A stretch of 64,000 nucleotides of DNA from a virus. The position numbers and the translations under genes are program-made. Under the pieces are notes generated by a model. That model ran no database searches. It had not been told where the DNA came from and worked only from the letters and a program-made list of their open reading frames with translations. The stretch lies in the IMG/VR virus record IMGVR_UViG_3300025035_000013, positions 24,627 to 88,626 of that record; one strand, given 5' to 3'. Positions 60,733-64,000 of the stretch are shown here, one piece after another (the stretch's first letter is position 1; every line of letters starts with the position of its first letter).

Positions 60733-61620
60733 TTATTCTTCATCGCAGTATACATCATCTGCCTCATAGTCGTCCTCATAGTCGCTCTCATAATATCCTT
60801 TTTCAGATTTAGAACACCCAGTAGAATCAACAACAGCATCATTTGTGTAGTCGGCTACAGAAAGTTTTGCTCTCCAGTCCGGGTCTTCTACTTCGCCTAC
60901 AACAGTGTATTGCCACGTCCTGCCCTTCGCATTATTGTAATCGGAAGGAATAGAAACTACATCAGCTGGATTGATTTTTACAAGAATGCATCTACTGTTA
61001 TTTACCTTGCCATAATAAGATAAATAATCTTTTGAGCAAAAGTGAAGACCAGCAGAACAAGTGCGATTTCGGTTATCATCTACCATATTTCTCGGCATTT
61101 TCAGTGTTTGGCCGATGCTGTTATCCATTGTACCGCTAAAAATATCTTTATAATCCTCCCTGACGATTTTATAAGCAATAAAACATCCATCATCCGTGAT
61201 AGGCAGTTCACATGCTTCGATAAAAAGATATAGTTCATCTACCGCGGTCTTACTCGGATTGTCATATAAATTAGAAATAAAATTGACAAGTGCAAGAGAA
61301 TCTAATCCTTGTTCATTCATCTTTAGAATCCGCTGGGCAATCGCAGGATGCAATGGCACAGTTGTATTATCTCGCCCAAAATGAACAACCCCGGTGCCAT
61401 CCTCAATTTTAACTGAGATATCGCCGTATTTGTCGGTTTGAAAGAAGTTTGTTACGACTGATTTAATGTCCATTTCAAAAATGGACTCATAATCTTCCTC
61501 TTGCAATAATTCCAATGCGAGCTGATACCTATTGTCATCGCTATAAAATTTGACCTGTTCACCGTTTTCGATGTTCAAAACAAGAATGGAATCATCTGTT
61601 ACTACATTTACATATTGCAT
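60733..61620 (-). CDS. rIIB: rIIB-like protein
   Basis: NF--NL--NPS----ELY-F...IT-DG-F-AYK-V...C--GLH, V-SIP-DY---K-R. Confidence 0.9.
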   Translation of the reverse strand: MQYVNVVTDDSILVLNIENGEQVKFYSDDNRYQLALELLQEEDYESIFEMDIKSVVTNFFQTDKYGDISVKIEDGTGVVHFGRDNTTVPLHPAIAQRILKMNEQGLDSLALVNFISNLYDNPSKTAVDELYLFIEACELPITDDGCFIAYKIVREDYKDIFSGTMDNSIGQTLKMPRNMVDDNRNRTCSAGLHFCSKDYLSYYGKVNNSRCILVKINPADVVSIPSDYNNAKGRTWQYTVVGEVEDPDWRAKLSVADYTNDAVVDSTGCSKSEKGYYESDYEDDYEADDVYCDEE

Positions 61621-61635
61621 TTGTTTCTCCTTTAA

Positions 61636-63720
61636 TCACATTCCACAAAGTTTAATATAATCAACCACCTTACGAGAAGATATATCATTTAAATTACCTC
61701 CATAACTAACAAATTCCAACATAGGATATGCTAAGAACATACGATCTTTATACTCACGCACTGTGTTAACGTCATCATCTATTGTTTTATTTAAAATTTT
61801 TGCACATTTATATAATGTATCATATTGTGCAAGGGCAGTCAAATTTAGTTTATTTTTCTTTATGGCATGAATTTCTGACATAATTTGACTTGCCACACTA
61901 TTAATAGGAATATCAATAAACAAATTTGGGGTTTTAATCATTCTATCAATTAAACTCCCATAATATAACTGATCAATCATCTTACATTTTTTAGCTCGAA
62001 TGATTTCATCTTTCATTGCACATAAGGAATTATATTTGTTTTTTATCCATTCTGTGCAAGATATTGCCCATTTTGGTGGAATAGTATCTTTCTTGATAAA
62101 TACGAAATTAGCATCATATCTAAATTCTTTAAATACTTTCGCATCAACTTCATTTACAATTGAACTGATTGTGTTGGCGTTCGACATTGTAATATATACT
62201 GCATCAACTTTAGAACACTCTCCTTCTAATACTTTATTGAAGTGATTTCCTGCAGCTTGAAACAACTCTGAAATTACTTTATCCTTTTTTGTTCTTTCGA
62301 TTTTAGGTCGCTCCAGCGTACTCGCGAGTATTTTTTTAAACCCTACTGGAACACAATCATACCATTCTTTATCTAATATTACAGCAAACATACGCGAATG
62401 CTTTGAAAGTTCTAATTTAACTCGGTTTAAAACTGCAGTAGTATCACGAAGAACAAATATCAATTTATCTACATCATCACATACAAACGATATACATTGA
62501 TATTGACATTGATATTGGGCTTTACTGTAACTAATAGGGGGGGCTATTGAGATTGAATTAAATCCCTTTGCATATCTGCCCGCTTTCAGAGTTACTGCTT
62601 TTTCGGCGTCGTGATATTGGACTTTCGAATCTGCAATAGGAACATTAAATTTAAATAATTTTAAATTAAAAAAATCGACATTTGTCAAAAATTCATCTTT
62701 CATTTTTTGCGCAAAAGAATACGCTGCACTCGGTGTTAAATTGTATTTTTTCTTGAATGCACATGCAGCGAGCTGATATTCAACCACATTAGTACACACC
62801 GATACATTATTTTTCCATAACGATTGCAAAGCACCATTAATTGCCTCAAATCGTGATTTAATCTTTGAAATGGTTTTAGTATCATATTGCAAATCCTCCC
62901 TAGAAAGACTCACACTTAATTCGGAAGTATCAAAAGGGAGATAACACTGGTACTCGAATGTTTCATCAAGTCCAATTTTTTTTGTGTCCAATTTATAGAG
63001 TCTACGATTCATGATAACATCAATTTCTCGTCTGTGATAATACCGCATATCACTGCTATTATTGTCGAACATGATTAAATCGAGTCCATCTATTTTACTA
63101 AATTCTTTCTTATTAATTGGATTAGATGCATGTTTTAACTCTGGCATAACATCATACACTTCAAATACATTAATAGCCGCGGTGTGCCAAGGAGCCACGG
63201 TTTTTGTGGGTACCACAACTTCTAGTCCACTATCCGTAGTGGGCATTTTATAAAGAGTGTTAATACTTGGAATTCCTCTTTCGTTTACATGAATCAAGTA
63301 TGATGTTTCATACCCATTATTAAATGAATTGATTGTCCAAGTATCTGTGACCGCCGCAGGAGATTTAGAACCGATGCCAAAGCCACCGATGAAATCGTTT
63401 GACTCGTTCTTTGACGAAGCACCATATTTAGTCAGGAATTCATGCACTTGCGCCTCTGTCAACCCGGGACCAAAATCTCGAACTCGAAATTCTTTTTGGA
63501 ATTCAGTAGGCAAATGTACTCGAATTGGGGTAGAGTCTTTGTCTAACATTTTATGAGCATCAAGAGCATTAGAACAAAGTTCTGTAATTACAGAACGTTC
63601 TTTGTCTTTATATAGGAAGTTGGATAGAAAACTGAAAATTTTTGCAGAATCTTCTGAAACAGAAAATTCCACAGAATTGCGCAAACTGGTTTTTACGTGT
63701 GATGTATTATCGATAATCAT
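61636..63720 (-). CDS. rIIA: rIIA-like protein (GHKL ATPase N-terminus)
   Basis: LY----R--I-EL--NA-DAH, RDFG-GL, S-K----FIGGFGIGSK. Confidence 0.9.
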   Translation of the reverse strand: MIIDNTSHVKTSLRNSVEFSVSEDSAKIFSFLSNFLYKDKERSVITELCSNALDAHKMLDKDSTPIRVHLPTEFQKEFRVRDFGPGLTEAQVHEFLTKYGASSKNESNDFIGGFGIGSKSPAAVTDTWTINSFNNGYETSYLIHVNERGIPSINTLYKMPTTDSGLEVVVPTKTVAPWHTAAINVFEVYDVMPELKHASNPINKKEFSKIDGLDLIMFDNNSSDMRYYHRREIDVIMNRRLYKLDTKKIGLDETFEYQCYLPFDTSELSVSLSREDLQYDTKTISKIKSRFEAINGALQSLWKNNVSVCTNVVEYQLAACAFKKKYNLTPSAAYSFAQKMKDEFLTNVDFFNLKLFKFNVPIADSKVQYHDAEKAVTLKAGRYAKGFNSISIAPPISYSKAQYQCQYQCISFVCDDVDKLIFVLRDTTAVLNRVKLELSKHSRMFAVILDKEWYDCVPVGFKKILASTLERPKIERTKKDKVISELFQAAGNHFNKVLEGECSKVDAVYITMSNANTISSIVNEVDAKVFKEFRYDANFVFIKKDTIPPKWAISCTEWIKNKYNSLCAMKDEIIRAKKCKMIDQLYYGSLIDRMIKTPNLFIDIPINSVASQIMSEIHAIKKNKLNLTALAQYDTLYKCAKILNKTIDDDVNTVREYKDRMFLAYPMLEFVSYGGNLNDISSRKVVDYIKLCGM

Positions 63721-63743
63721 GACATTTAGCTCACTGTGAAATG

Positions 63744-63965
63744 TTACTTGATATGCTGTATAGAAATTTGGTCAAAGTACAAGCCGATTACCTTGATGCA
63801 ACAGAATCCAGCAGTCGAAGCTGATATAATCTCTGCTGGAATTCTGAGTATTTCTGACATCAAAAGAAACTCGTACCCCTTGATTCCAAATAATTCTTCG
63901 AAGATAGATTTTGAATGTTCGATGCCGCGAAGTCGAACAAACTCTCCGACTCTATTATCGACCAT
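63744..63965 (-). CDS. hypothetical protein
   Basis: Short ORF upstream of rIIA. Confidence 0.45.
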   Translation of the reverse strand: MVDNRVGEFVRLRGIEHSKSIFEELFGIKGYEFLLMSEILRIPAEIISASTAGFCCIKVIGLYFDQISIQHIK

Positions 63966-64000
63966 TGAAAATCGCGCGCATTTCTTTATTGAATACCGCC

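Noticed and set aside
1-64000. Genome-wide stop-codon reassignment (TAG to Gln)
   Set aside because: Core genes are intact under the standard code, only one clear internal TAG was found, and no CTA-anticodon tRNA is seen

Overview
This 64-kb window comes from a large, AT-rich T4-like (Tevenvirinae-related) myophage genome. A GC-richer serS fragment and a permuted tmRNA suggest a betaproteobacterial host (inference). Bases 1-5049 (+ strand) are late structural genes: gp4, the anti-CBASS nuclease Acb1/57B, gp2, gp54-like, gp26/gp51 and a gp29-like hub/tape measure. Almost everything else is on the - strand. This includes the T4 replisome and nucleotide metabolism genes (gp32, gp59, gp33, gp41, UvsX, split gp43, gp30, RNase H, DsbA, NrdJ, ThyX, gp61, RegA, gp62/44/45, rIIA/B), RNA repair genes (Pnk, Rnl1, Rnl2), a ~20-gene tRNA cluster and accessory cassette regions. 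The most notable observations are: (1) a naturally split intein in UvsX; (2) a two-gene gp43 with a 240-nt group I intron in gp43B motif B, plus a mini-intein in NrdJ; (3) a circularly permuted two-piece tmRNA; (4) non-canonical tRNAs, including a D-armless tRNA-Arg(UCU) with a D-loop-like motif in its variable region; (5) a stand-alone SerRS tRNA-binding arm beside the tRNA cluster; (6) a -1 frameshift signal joining gp26 to gp51 ahead of the tape-measure-like gene; (7) 11 paralogous 23-aa HREDGPA-repeat genes in a system of near-identical promoter cassettes that show signs of recombinational shuffling; and (8) a 9-copy 25-bp iteron-like array downstream of a structured non-coding region. All calls come from manual reading and recalled family motifs; no searches were run.
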